The translations under genes were made by a program, and so were the position numbers. DNA of 63,496 bases, filler included, from Octopus bimaculoides (Eukaryota): assembly GCF_001194135.2 (NCBI RefSeq). It is 7 parts of 7 records of this genome, joined end to end, with 100 filler letters (N's around TTAATTAATTAA, not from the genome) between each part and the next. Parts side by side here need not be neighbours in the genome. Positions count along the whole stretch, not along the records: positions 1 to 24,084 come from NC_068985.1; 6 more parts are not named here. One strand, written 5' to 3'. The notes beneath the pieces are model-generated. The model saw nothing but the letters and a program-made list of their open reading frames with translations. It was not told where the DNA came from and ran no database searches. This document shows, one piece after another, positions 1-13,583 of the stretch. Positions within the stretch are counted from its first letter, which is position 1; each line of letters opens with the position of its first letter.

Positions 1-251
1 ATATATGTATGTATGTATGTATATATATATATATATGTAGATATATGTATATATACATATATGTATGTATATATGTGTGTATATATATGTAAATATTTAT
101 ATATTATATCATATGTATGGAGATATATGCATGTGTATACATATGTATATATATATATATATATATATATGGGTGTGTGTGTGTGTGTGTATGTATGTAT
201 ATATATATATTTATGTATATATGTGTGTATATATATATTTATGTATGTATG

Positions 252-850
252 AGTTCCTCCAGCCCCATTGCATGATAAACGGTGTTGGTGTGTTTACGTC
301 CCTGTAACTTCGCACCTCGGCACAACAGAACGATAAAATAAGTACCAGACTTTAAAAATAAAATAAATAAGCACTGTGGTCGATTCGTTCCTCTAGGAAA
401 GAATTCTTCAAAGCTGTGCTCCAATAATGAAATAAGAAACGTTAGCACGCCGGGCGAAATGCTTACCGGTATTTCGTTTGCCACTGCGTTCTGAGTTCAA
501 ATTCCGCCGCGGTCGACTTTGCCTTTCATCCTTTCGGGGTCGATAAATTAATGCCAGTTAGGCACTGGTATCGATGTAATCGATTTAATCCCTTTGTCTG
601 TTATTGTTTGTTTCCTCTATGTTTAGCCCCTTGTGGGCAATAAAGAAATAAGAAACGTTAGTACGTCAGGCGAAATTCTTAGCGGTATTTCGTCTGTCTT
701 TACGTTCTGAGTTCAAACTCTGCCGAAGTCGACTTTGCCTTTCATCCTTTTGGGGTCGATAAGTTAAGTACCAGTTGCGTTCTGGAGTCGATCTAATCGA
801 CTGGTCCCCTCTCCAAGTATTTCAGGCCTTGTGCCAAGAGTAGGAAAGAA
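252..850 (+). mobile_element. Cluster of octopus-type SINE pieces, including a head-to-tail pair of the GAAACGTTAGCACG...GCCTTTCATCCTTTCGGGGTCGATAAA family
   Basis: Two consecutive similar units start AAGAAACGTTAG at about 435 and 652. The same core recurs many times in the window (e.g. about 25870-26070 on +, 54710-54885 on -). Boundaries are approximate. Confidence 0.7.
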
Positions 851-1759
851 TATTGATGTCATAACAAGAAAAAAGAAATAAAAATGTTGACGTTATCTGC
901 AGACGATGTCCTGGTTTTTCAATGGTTTTAAAGTACAACTCGACGAGGCAAGTCAACGTCTACACGAGCTATTTAATCATGGCTATTCTTACTGAAGTCA
1001 ATATTAGACTCCTCAATCATACAACATCAGATTTGTCGGCAAAATGATTGCCGCGTGCGTTTTCTACTGCAATGAATCGAATATAATCAATCACTTGCTA
1101 TGACAGAGTATATAGTATGATACCTAATTCAACTACATTATAACCAGAATGTATTCCATATTGATAGCCCTGAATCATTGGGACTATTTGATTTTTGTTT
1201 AATTGACATTCTAGAATTGCATTCTTGAAGGCTACACATTAACAACAACACCACCACCAACAACAACGGCTATAACATCAACAGTTGTAGCAAGAGGATA
1301 CCATAGTGTTGTGATGACTGAAGCTTAATGAAGCACATATGCCTGCAAGTTGTGTGTATTAAAAGTTCCACGATAACAGTTTACTTCAACGTCATAGGAA
1401 ATATAAATAATGCAGGAAGATAAAATTACGCCTTTGTTGTAACCAAGTGAAAAAGAATTCCGTTGTTTCCTTGCTTTCACATTTATCAATTCACAAACAC
1501 ACGCACACACATACACGCACATATACGATATATACATATATACATATACATATAAATACACACACACACACACATATATACTTGGATATGGAAGCATGAC
1601 GTTCGATCAGCTAATAATAAAAATAATATGTATGTATACATATATACATACATACATGTACATACTTACATATATATGTATATACGGAGGCATATATGGG
1701 TACAGAACGTCAAAAAACGTAAACTTATTCACTACCATCGGGATTTTACTTGTACCGTT

Positions 1760-2420
1760 GTCTATTAGGCTTAACTGTAGAGAGCAACTTTAGATGGAGT
1801 GTACACCGCAAGAAAATGTCGATACAGCCCGCATAATGTGCTCATTGAAGCTCAGAAAATTTCACTCGAGAGATCATAAAATCAATATCTTTCTCTCCTC
1901 CACGTTTGGCAGATCTTACCTTGAATATTGGTGGCCATTATGGATCCATTCCCCAAATACGATAGGATTGAAGCACCGCCTAGATCTTTACACGACAAGC
2001 CTTGATTATTCTACTCGCCTCAAGAGGATGAAAACTCGATTTTCTTCAACGCCGTTTTATATTATTTGCACAACGTGGAAAACATTTCACCAATATTAAT
2101 CAAACGAAAGTCGAGTTTACATCGCATAAGAATATTTCGATTCAACCTTTTTGCGAAATGGTCCCACTTTATTCAACGTAATTCTGAAAGACATTAAAGT
2201 AGAAAAAGATGCCACAACATCCAAAAAGTACCTGGACAAATTCCTCCAAGAAGTATCAGGCAAAACACCAACACCTGGATACGTGTCTGCTAGCAACCAC
2301 CCTTTGCACAAATGGTCTATGGTGACCTGAAAAATAACTTTAAATACATCTCAAAATGGTGCTATTAACTTAGTCATAGTCAGGGTCTATAATGACCTAA
2401 ATCTAAGTTATTATTTAAAT
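1760..2420 (+). mobile_element. CR1-superfamily LINE, decayed 3' fragment (C-terminal RT region)
   Basis: Frameshifted translation gives LEYWWPLWIHSPNTIGLK, GPTLFNVILKDIK and KKYLDKFLQEVSGKTPTPGYVSA, typical of CR1-like ORF2 C-termini. Confidence 0.65.
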
Positions 2421-2441
2421 TATCTAAATTATATACATATT

Positions 2442-2472
<31 letters not shown>

Positions 2473-3486
2473 TTACACACACGCAGGCACACACACTTAC
2501 ACACACGAGGCACACACACACACATGGTTGCGTTTTGTGCGCAATTCGGTGTCTTTAATTCGGTAAACTGTTTCTCATACCATTTTATCTTATTTTAAAT
2601 CTGTCAGTTGTAATCTAAATTCGGCATAACAACAAACAAACAAAAAGCAATGAAGTTAAAAATAAAACTCTTCCTGACAATTCCTTAACACTCAAATTAG
2701 CTTCTGGAATGTGTTTGTTAATTATTCATTATTCCGAATATTGAACAGCACCAGAAATAAAGGCGTAAAGAATATGTTACACTCGATCTGCTCATCTATG
2801 TATTTGGCACCGTAGAATCATTTACCAATTTATAAAAACAGGATTTTATCAATTTATTTTTAAAAGTGCTTAACAACAACGACAACAATAACAACAACAA
2901 CATCACCACCAACGATAATAATAATGATAATGATAATAAAATAATGATGATCGTGATACTAAAAATTCTTATACATTAAAAAATACAAATATAATTTCAT
3001 TACACAAATTTAAGAAATTTATCCATAGAAAGAAAAAAATTATTTCCTGCAATTATTCTCGTCACATCTCTTTAAATAGTGATGTTTTAAAAATAGATAA
3101 AAAATCGAAGTGAAACATTATAAAGAAACGGGGACGAAATATACTGAAGTAAAATATAAAATGTAAACTGAGAAAAGAAATAAACCTAAAAAAAAAAAAA
3201 AAAAATCACTGTTGGCTGAAAAATTAGTCATTATTTAGGATTAGATTATACGTTTATTTGTTTATTGAGAAAATGTCTTCACTAACGGAAAAATAATAGA
3301 AAAGAACGAACAAAATTGTGAATATATGCATATGTATATATAGATATGTATGTATGCATAAATATAAGGAAAATAGTATGATTGAATGATTGAAGACAGC
3401 GACTGTTTGTGCATGGATGAGTGTGTGAATGTGTGTGTGTGTGTATTAGCAGACATATAAAGCGTGTATATATATACACACACGCA

Positions 3487-3524
<38 letters not shown>

Positions 3525-3530
3525 TATATA

Positions 3531-3932
3531 TGTAGGGTCATCCTATTAATAATGAGGTTCTTTTCGATTGCATGAACCAAAACTCGAAGGAGGGCGGGAT
3601 AAACTACCTATATCAGCTTGCTATAATATAATATAATATAATATAATATAATATAATATAATATAATATAATATAATATAATATCTAGTAGTAATTTTTA
3701 GTGGAAGTTTTGAAGAATGTAATTTTAAGTTATTTTTTCAAAGCTATAATGGAAGTGACAAAGGAGCATATTTAGCATATTTTACTTTATGAGTTCAAAA
3801 AAGACAAAAACGCAACGGGTCGTGCGAGGAATATTAATGCAGTATATGGGGATCGGAAAATAAGCGTAATACAGTGTAAACGGCAGTTCCTGAAATTTCG
3901 AGCTCGAAACTGCAGCCCAGAAGATGAGCCTT
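3531..3932 (+). mobile_element. Mariner 5' remnant (TIR plus N-terminal HTH)
   Basis: Starts TAGGGTCATCCTATTAATAATG, similar to the TIRs of the element at 57378. About 3785-3930 translates as YEFKKDKNATGRARNINAVYGDRKISVIQCKRQFLKFRARNCSPEDEP, a mariner HTH-like sequence. Confidence 0.7.
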
Positions 3933-4122
3933 ACACCAGGACTTACAAATATATATAACATACAGAAAATTGCACTGCTGGGCACTGCACACATGCTACG
4001 CAAAACACTTTCAATATATTAACCATAAGAGCATCACAGCAAACCACAGCACATACCCAAGGCAAACAGAGCTACGCTCGGTAGTGAAATGAAAACACGT
4101 TATAAAAATAAAACTGCTGAAC

Positions 4123-4179
<57 letters not shown>
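3933..4179 (+). mobile_element. 3' end of an R4/Dong/Rex6-like (RLE) non-LTR element with (AAT)n tail
   Basis: Encodes IQKIALLGTAHMLRKTLSI, then a 3' UTR and (AAT)n. It is the reverse complement of the copies at 34351-35178. Confidence 0.65.
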
Positions 4180-7016
4180 CCATGCTACTGAAAGCACAAG
4201 GCCTCAAATTTAGAGGAAGGGATTAAGTCGATTTCATCGACCCCAGTACGTAACTGGTACTTATTTAATCGATCCCAAAATGATAAATTGCAAAGTGGAC
4301 TGCGGTGGAATTTGAGATTTTGAATGTGAAGATGCACGAAATGCGTGCAGAGATGAGTGAATGAGGATTATCTGAATGAAGGAGGTATGACACCATGCAG
4401 GTGTGAGACGTGAAGCCATTATAGTATCAACAGAAAGACTGTAAGAGGAGAAGACACACCTATGAGTAATTGGAATGTGTGTGTTTGTTAATCGGTTTCT
4501 GTAGTCTTGCATCCTAAAGAAATGTATTTGAATGAAAATCTCTCATCATGTTTGAATGTGAAATTATTTTGTTACTTCTGTATAAAACTCTCTGCAAAGA
4601 ACTTTAAAGATATTTATTGAAGTAATTAAGCTAAATTACATTGGTTTCAAACCAAGACGATTCGCCTCGTAGGCTTCATAGTCTGTTCTGCTCTTGTTTA
4701 CAGGTCACTCCCCTCTTCGTGGCTGTCTGCCAATCTCCGTCTATCTCAGAATGCCCGCGTGTAACTGCGAGGTTTGCTTAAGAGTCTTATATTTATTAGA
4801 TAACATTAAACAGCACAGCTCATATTCAATAAGCGGCATAACATTAAAATGTTGAATAATAAAGAACGATTTTAAGATACAAATCGGTAACTTAATGCAA
4901 TTATCACAGTTAACATTATGTTCCAAACGTCCAGTTTAATAAGAAAAACCGTTATTCTACTAAATCTCTTCCAATTCTGGACTATTTTCGAGACATTTAG
5001 GCAATAAAATATTTCGTTGGAAATATGATGATTGAAGTGCTAACAACTGAAATCCTATCATTTTTATCATTGCACCACTTCTAAATATATTCTATTGGTC
5101 TAAGCCATATTTCTGTAGGTCATTACTTTCGCTTATTTTCTTCCAAAGTTATATTTGTTTCATATTTGTGTTGTTGCATTAATCAATTTCCTTAATGTAG
5201 GTATTTAAATTGCTATTTTGAGGCAAGAAATGTATCGGTCACCTATTCATGCATCTATCCATTCAGCTCTGCCTTCCACTCTCTGTCGCTTCCTTCAAAT
5301 ATCCGTCTCGCTATCTGTCCATCAGTTGCTTCGCCTCTCTGTCGCTCCATTCATCTATAATCCATCTCTCTATCCATCCCTCTATCAATTCCTTCGTCCC
5401 TTCCACACACCATCCATATCTCCATCTCTCCATCAGCCACACCAAACACTCTAACATATTTATCGACTAATTTGCACTTAATAGATAGGTGGACGGAATC
5501 AGTCTATAAGCAGAATCTATTTACTCATGGAATGACGATAACGTCGAACTATTAGAGTAGCTTGTTTGCTCTAAAAAAAGTCTGTTATCAAAGTCACTTA
5601 TTTACACACAATAAAACATGTTTACAGAAACTTAATTGCTCTCGGAGTTGTTTTGGACTTTTTTCTCTTGGACCCAACGTAACAGCAAACAACACAAATA
5701 AACATATTAACAAAATAAGTGTTTATATAAAAAAATACATTGAAAATTTCATGAACACTGTCTGGGTAATGTGAACAAATTAATTTGATTTTTCGGCTTT
5801 AAAAAACTGTCTTTTACTTATTTATTTTATTTTTTTCTTCATCCGAAAATTTAAGAAGAAATCTAAAACTATTCAAGAACAAAAACATGGTTTAATTTCT
5901 GCAACTCAATAGATTTTATATTTTATTGTTTTTTGTATTTGACTTGTTTAGTAAGAATTGTGTTCTGTACATTTTTATTATATGTTCTGCGCCTATATAT
6001 ATATATATNNNNNNNNNNNNNNNNNNNNNNNNNNNNNNNNNNNNNNNNNNNNNNNNNNNNNNNNNNNNNNNNNNNNNNNNNNNNNNNNNNNNNNNNNNNN
6101 NNNNNNNNNNNNNNNNNNNNNNNNNNNNNNNNNNNNNNNNNNNNNNNNNNNNNNNNNNNNNNNNNNNNNNNNNNNNNNNNNNNNNNNNNNNNNNNNNNNN
6201 NNNNNNNNNNNNNNNNNNNNNNNNNNNNNNCAACTTCGCTGATGATGTATAAATATATGTGACTTTATAAACGCATATATGCCTATACGTGTAAATCTTT
6301 CTGAAATATCCTCTTATTTTTTTCTTTATTTTTGTGTGTTATTTTTGCTTGAGCTTTAATTAATTGAATCTATTTAATTTTAGTAAAATTTATAGCTTTA
6401 ATTACATTAAGAAATTGTAGCAATGTATCAAATATTTTGACACCTCGTTACTAACAAGACCTTGCATGTGATTTAATTACTTATGCTAATACTTCATAAA
6501 TGCTCAAATTATTTCTTAGAAACTAAAACACTGTCATTTGATTTATTTATCCTAACCTGGGAATACACTGATGTAATATTTTATTCAAAACTATTTTTAA
6601 TCTTTTTCGTTTAATTTTATATAGATATAATTGTTCTTTAACAAATTCAAATTATTCATTCTTTGCAAAAAATAAAAAGTAAAAAGGTAGCAAGAATTGT
6701 CATCAAATCTGAAAATTTAATGTGTTTTTACTTTTATTATTTTGTCGAATTTTTTTAATTCTTTTGTCGTTGGACATCGGTCATACTGAGGTTTCTCGTT
6801 CAGCTCCACATTTTATTTGTTCTTATCTAATATATGACAAAGTTTAATCTTTCTTCTTTTCAGGTTTAATATATAAGATATCAACAGCATTATATACAAA
6901 TCATATGAGTGGTGAGTGGTTACAATGCTTGACTGATGACCATAGCATCGTGGATTATGTATATTATTTACATTATTTACATTTTGACGGATTTTGTCCT
7001 CATCTTGTTTGTTGTT

Positions 7017-7062
7017 AACACAACGTTTCAGCTGATATACCCTCCAGCCTTCATCAGGTGTC
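7017..7062 (-). ncRNA. Minimal type I hammerhead-like motif in a Penelope-like short repeat
   Basis: Minus strand reads GACAC-CUGAUGA-A-GGCUG(gaggguauau)CAGCU-GAAAC-GUU-GUGUU: intact core, 5-bp stem II, palindromic AACGUU stem III, stem I GACAC/GUGUU. Confidence 0.6.
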
Positions 7063-7634
7063 TTGGAGAAATTTCAAACCTGGTTTAGGTTAAATATAAA
7101 ACTGCATTATAACATCGTGGGTTCGAAACTTTGGCAGGACATCGTTTTGAGTCCTTGAGCAACGTACTTGTCATGTTGCTTCTGTCTACTAAGCTGTAAA
7201 CGGGAACCAACTACGTGCTGGTGCAAGGCACAATACTCCTCCAGCTGTCACACAGCGATTGTTCCACTTCACTGGTCAAAGTATAAAAGTGGCGAGAGAT
7301 AGCCTATACTTGCTTACCATAGACTACCTCTCGCTAAGCACCTAAAACAATTAGCGAAAGCATGGTACATGTAAGGCTATATACACTTGTGAGTTACATT
7401 TATACTTTATGGTTTTATATACAAACACAAACACACAGAAACATACGTCTACCTATCAACCTATCTATCTATATCTGTCTGCCTGTTTGTCTGTCTGTAT
7501 GTTTATTTCAATAATTACAGCTCTACAGAGTTGTGCGTAAACATCAGAAGACATCTTCACATACAGCCTTCATCTAAAGGACTGTAACAGAGGACTTTTC
7601 TGAAATGATCTGCTTTCCAGCTAATGTTTTAGAC

Positions 7635-7890
7635 CATAGATTCTCAAAGTGAGCTCTACCACCCTCCGGTGGGCGTTGAAAGGGTGCAGGTAGGCGTTGG
7701 TTCCTAAGTGGCGGTTGAGGGCGGCGGTAGAGAAAAAGGGAGCATTGGGAGGAATTTGTATACAAATTATATAATATTATATTAAATATCAAATGATTCA
7801 TAGTATATATAAATTAGTAAAATATAAAATATTTATGCATAAAAATAGGGGCGGGGCACTAAGGGTATTATGTGACTATGAGAACCTCTG
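7635..7890. mobile_element. hAT-type non-autonomous element (MITE)
   Basis: Imperfect TIRs CATAGATTCTCA / TGAGAACCTCTG of the CAGTGGTTCTCAA type. TSD not preserved. Confidence 0.45.
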
Positions 7891-8423
7891 CTATAAATTA
7901 AAAGTCAGATAAACTGAAATCCAACTCGTAAGCGTCTGTAGTGAACTGTTTGTACTCAATTTCACAAGTTTGACCGGAAGATAGGCAAAAGGCTTATTTT
8001 ATCGACCATGAAATATAAAAGGCCAGCAAGACCTAAGCAGAACTGGAACTCAGGACGTAAAGCTAGAAGAATTGCTGCAGAGCATTTTGTCGGAAACACT
8101 AGCGTTTTTGCCAGCTTGCCGTCTTCACCGTCTTGGAACAACCTGGTGTGATTATTTTAATGGCCTACCAATGTGCACAGTGAGTTTTTGCTTTAGGTGT
8201 TGGGAAGACACTCGACAAGAAAAGGAAACAAAATTGAAAGAATGAGATAATAATAATAATAATCCTTTGTACTAAAGGCACAAGGCCTGAAATTTTGAGG
8301 GAGGAGACAAGTCGATTGCATCGAACCCAGTCTTTCAATGGTACTTAATTTATCGACCCCAAAAGGATGAAAGGTAAAGATAGCCTGGGCGGAATTTGAA
8401 CTCAGAATACAGCTCGCCGCCTC

Positions 8424-8470
<47 letters not shown>

Positions 8471-9243
8471 CAGCATTAATGATAATAATATGGCAATACA
8501 TCATCGCCAAGAAGCCGCAGACAGTTAACCTGAAGTAAAATGTTACATCAGTCGCAGCTTAGGAAAACGAAGAACATGCTTTCATACAAGAATTGGTTGT
8601 TGTATACTAATTTTACTTACAACAGAGAAGTGTAACATAATATAAACATATCATGTGAAGTGGCAGAAATATTTTAGACATAAATCTTATCATAAATACA
8701 TTGTGAAAGTACGAAATATTTCAAAATGTGTGAAACAAATGTGAATCATTAAATCAGAGAAATATCACAGTTTCTTAGATGATGGCTAAAGATAGAATAT
8801 AAATCGAAACTTTCTGAGAATGAGTTGCTGGGAAATAGTCAAACATTTATTGGTTTTCATAATGCGCTTAACATTCTATCAGTTTTGCGAAAAGACTGAG
8901 AAATTCAACTATATACCGAAGAAATCTAATTTTCAACTACTTTGGTTTTGGTTTCAATCCCAACATCATACATCTTGAGCAAGAACATTTTTCCTATTAT
9001 CACGGGACGAACAATGATTTGTGAATGAATTTTGTCGTTGAAAAGTGTAGGAACTTGCAGTCTCTCTAACTATGCATGCATATAGGATTCTTGTACCGAT
9101 AAAATGATCAACCTAATTCCATTTAAAAATCCAATCCTTGAATTTTGTATTTCGAAAATGTATTCAGAGCATTTCAGCCAATGGACGATTGCCACGTAAT
9201 GTACTCTAGCTCTTATTTGAGCATTAGTTTACTTTAGTTCTTA

Positions 9244-9483
9244 TGTAAGCCGGAGAGCTGGTCCGCTCGGCTTGCTAGATTTCGTTCTGGTCCTCCACAC
9301 TCGGCTATCAAATAGCCATGGTTAAGTTTTCTTTTCATCCTTACGGAGTCAGTCTCTCCATTCCTTCCTCCCTTCACCTCTCCCTTATGAATTAACCGAC
9401 TGTATTCACACTTGGAGAGGTATGGTACCCGCCCAAGGCTGAAATTACCCAAAACGTAAGACATATCATAACAATATCCCCCC
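9244..9483 (-). mobile_element. Possible LTR (230 bp) with adjoining polypurine tract
   Basis: TGT...ACA termini at 9244 and 9473. On the minus strand GACGGGGGGATAT directly precedes TGTTATG. No second LTR or clear pol seen. Confidence 0.3.
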
Positions 9484-10199
9484 GTCTACATCTGGAGGAG
9501 AGAGCACAAGGTATGGCGCACTTGTATGTATCGATTTGGAGGTATATCTGACTGATTTTACAGACGACCATACTTCTAGGTTGTTACGGCAGTTAAACAT
9601 GGAGTTGAAGCGATAATTATAAGCAACAAACTACCTTCTGCTTAATTGCTAATTGGCACAATGGTATTTAATTATCTTCTATGCATTTGGATAACTGTCA
9701 ACATTTGCTCCATTATACTCCCTGAATTATATATGAGCACCCTTAGTACATTCAGTATTCTCTATGCATTGTGATTTCGCTTTTAGATTGCCCTAAGGAT
9801 CATGTATCATACATTTCTTAATGGTTCCTGTGTCACACGACCTTGTCTATTTTGCACAGACCCTTAAACTTATCTTTTTAATCGAAGATCAAGATTCGAT
9901 AGTCTCTAGAAATCAACTGAGAAGAATTATGTTTTTATCATTCTCCAAAATTTTACTTTCGGGAATTTTAATAAATCAATCAATTTTAACTTAGGCAGTC
10001 TTGTCACATTATTCGGATCTGTAAGAACTAAAATACACATTATCTCTATTACTAGATAAGAATATTGGCATAGACTGAAAAATATTAACAACCTCCGAGT
10101 GAAGCTGTTAATAAGGATGTAGGAAACACAATCACAACCGAAAGTAAACAACAATATTCGGATTAAAAAAGATCTGAAACAAAAATGCATCAAAGATGC

Positions 10200-13050
10200 G
10201 AAATTTCCAGTGTTTCAATGCAATAGAGAATGCATTAAAACACTGGAAGTTTCATTCAAAGACGTCCCCAAAGAATTGCGGAATGTGTGTGAAGAGAATG
10301 TGTTCGTTCGACCAAAATGTTTCGAAACTATAGTTTGCAGAATTCTTTTTTTCTCCTATGTTCTTAAACACAGGAATCGCAAGTTTGAAAACGTCAAAGA
10401 AGGACTGACTAATGCAAAGAAATATTTAATTGAGCATATTGACTCTTAGGAAAGGCCGGAATGGCTGTATGACTTTCGACAACAGGATGTCGATAGTCTA
10501 CCACAGAACAAACAGGAGAGAATTACGTAACAAAATTTCCGAGCATAATCGTAGTAAAGAACATAAATTAAATTACGAATCCTAGAAAGTGCTGGAACAA
10601 AGAAAGCATTGAAACAATTGCATGCAACAAATTGTATCAGTGGAGGCTAACTGGATTAAATTTTTACTCCTTCCATTTGCCATTTTATTTTTGCCTGAAA
10701 GGAGTTTCGTATTTCGTGGTAACTCTCACCCGATTTGCGATGTTTACAAAATTAATTCACTTGAGCTAGTTGAACTTTTGTCTCATTGGGAACCGTACTT
10801 GAGACCTATGTCAGGAAGGTCGAAGAAAGTCAAGAAAATAGAGGAAATCGTTGCAAGCACATTATTTGTCAGCTAAATCACAAAATTCATGTATTCCGCT
10901 TTGTTATGATCTCGTTTGGAAGCATACAAACTCTTTGAAAGATCAAGGACAAGCTATCGCACAAACATAATTGGCGAAACACCTGATTCGGCAGATACGA
11001 AACCAGTTTTATGCATTGCTTTCAAAAGTTATTAGGTATTACGCTGAATATTCAAGGGAGATATTTATCTTCTTAAGACTATTTTGTTGGAACGGGATCT
11101 GCTATGACAAACCTGAAAACAATTGCAGCAAGGCTACAGTAATAGCAACGATATGGCAACCAGGTGCAAGAAAGTCTAAAAGATATTACTTTGTACCTTT
11201 GATACCAATACGTTTGAGACTACTCCTGCATTTACGATGCGAACTTTTGTGTAAAGGTTTCTAAATCAAAACTATCCACAAAGATTTTGCGTTCATTTAT
11301 TTCCTTAACAGCATCTTAGTAATGAATTATTATACTAGATTTTCATTATTTTCAAATTTACTTGTAATGAAATGCAATAGAATTCCACAAAATGTGATAA
11401 CAATAAATACGTAATGCAATGAATTATTGAAGTGTCACAGACTCAGCCAAATGCTACACTGAAGAAGTTACCTCCCTTGGAAATATAAAAAAAATATGAG
11501 CAATATAAACGTATGACCAGTTCAAATATGCTTCAGGCCTACTCGAACCCATAAGAAAGCCATTCATTATATTTTGTCATGGAGAAAATTTCTTGCTGTA
11601 CATACACCGAGTCAGTTTCATAGTGCTCTCTAACTAGACTGTTGGATGCGTGCATTTCGGAGTGGTTATCTCCTCTTCAGCAGCAGAGACGGAAAAATTG
11701 TACGCTGTGAACTGGCACGAGAGACAGGTCTCTCTTATATTCTCGTCATTGTTCAATGAATGCTTGCGCCATTCAGTGGATCGCCGTAAATAAAATATCC
11801 CATATGTCTATAATATATATTTCTATAGTTTAAAAAGAAGACATATTCGTCTGAGACACACATAAGCTGTCTGCCAAGAAATGTTATAGAAACTATCTAA
11901 TGGTCAGCTTCAATGAGAAATAAGAATTCTGTTGCTTCAAATGCCAATGATTTGAACTCATCCTGCAAGATATTCTGAAACCTAATCTGAGGAAAATGAG
12001 AGTAAGTGAAGCAGCAAAAGTCGTTAAATAATACATGTCCTCTTTCAGATCTATATATGCATGTCAGCTAATTGACTCACCATTCTTATTGCCATCACCA
12101 TCTGCGCAACCGTTTTACTGGCAACAGACGTTACTGTTGATATTTAAATGGAAAATATTAACATGCTCGTCGAAAATTTGCACAAACTGCGCAATCACTT
12201 TCACACTCTGCTGACAGACTCAAAACGTATTGCTTGAAGTCTGCAAATGGAAATTAAACTACAACCAAATGAGAGAAAGCCAAGAAGGATTTCTTTTTCA
12301 GAACCAGTCAAATAATACAAATATAGCCTGATAAAGGATTCTCACACATATGCAGAATAGCAATTTCCGAGAAAAGTATTACACGCTATTGTCGATTCTG
12401 TCATCGCTTGCCTACAAAAACGATTTGAAGCCGCAAAAAAAGTTTTAATTTTACATATTTTTGACATGTAAATATTTGTGAGTGTTTGTGTACCTGTATG
12501 TGGCTGTTCGTGTCTGTGTGCGGCTGTTTGTGTATGTGTGGGTATATATGCATGCATGTTTGTATATATCAGTGTGTGTATGCGTATGTGTGCGTGTATG
12601 TGTATATTTATGTATATATTCCTACTTATATCCTAAAACCTTTTGTTGAAAAAACTAGCTGTAATTATCTGATACTTGCAATGTTGATGTAAATAGCAAA
12701 ATGTCTTCAAATGAGTTAATCTACTTAAAAACGACTGTATACCGTGGCAGATTAAAAGACATTTAAAGACAACCTTGCTCTGCGGATATATTCAACATAA
12801 AAAAGAGATAAGAATTGGAAAATATTTAGTCCAACTCTTTGTACATCACTCTGGAGTTTTCTCATAGTGCCTAAAAAGACAGTTCTAGCAGAAAGTTCAT
12901 TCCGTAAGCTTAAACTAACAGCGGACTTTCTCGGAACAAAAATGTTGCTAAGCCACTGGTGGACATGGTAATGGTAAGAAGTGGAACTCAGATTGTTGAA
13001 TACAGATATATCAGACAACACTTTGCAATCCCACCTACGCGTATTAAATT
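10200..13050 (+). mobile_element. Heavily decayed hAT (ZMYM1-like) transposase
   Basis: 12870 onward reads PKKTVLAESSFRKLKLTADFLGTKM (cf. PVTVASAERSFSKLKLIKNYLRSTM dimerisation motif). About 10965 reads IIGETPDSAD (cf. IIADETTD). Many stops and frameshifts; boundaries approximate. Confidence 0.55.
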
Positions 13051-13544
13051 ATGTACTGCACACCATAATCAGTGTTTTAAAATTAAGAATGTGTATATAA
13101 ATTTAATTCAATTTAATATTTTATTTAATATTATTTACATACATGTAACGCTCACTACACCGTTCGATTACCACCTCAAATTACACGAGACTATTTGCGT
13201 ATTTTGATGTTGGGTTGCGACCCACCCGATTTACGGCTCTTTGAGGTTTGATATAAAAAGAAGGGGAGGAGTTAAAAGGCCGAGAGGGTGTTTGCTAGTG
13301 TCTAAGTGTGCGTTTCTAAGAACATTACTGCCATTATTGCCATCATGTGTAATATCAGAAAATACAGGATACATAAAATAATACAAATTTAAGCTTTATA
13401 ATATTTCTTGGTGCTTATAAAAAATAATTTTCGAAATAAAAATATTACCTTGGAACAAAATTATATAAAATAATGGGAAACAAGCTCTTCATTTTAAATC
13501 ATAGATGTTCGCATACATTCCCTTTCTCTCTGTCAGTTTTTCTC

Positions 13545-13583
<39 letters not shown>

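Noticed and set aside
13-307. Long ORFs made of YI, CV, HT or MYVC repeats (also near 15861, 18940, 21712, 23085)
   Set aside because: They are translations of TA, CA and GTAT microsatellites or of N runs.
2681-2700. TTCCTTAAC followed by AG 12 nt later, resembling a U12 acceptor
   Set aside because: No U12 donor upstream and no recognisable exon; roughly one such 9-mer is expected by chance in this much AT-rich sequence.
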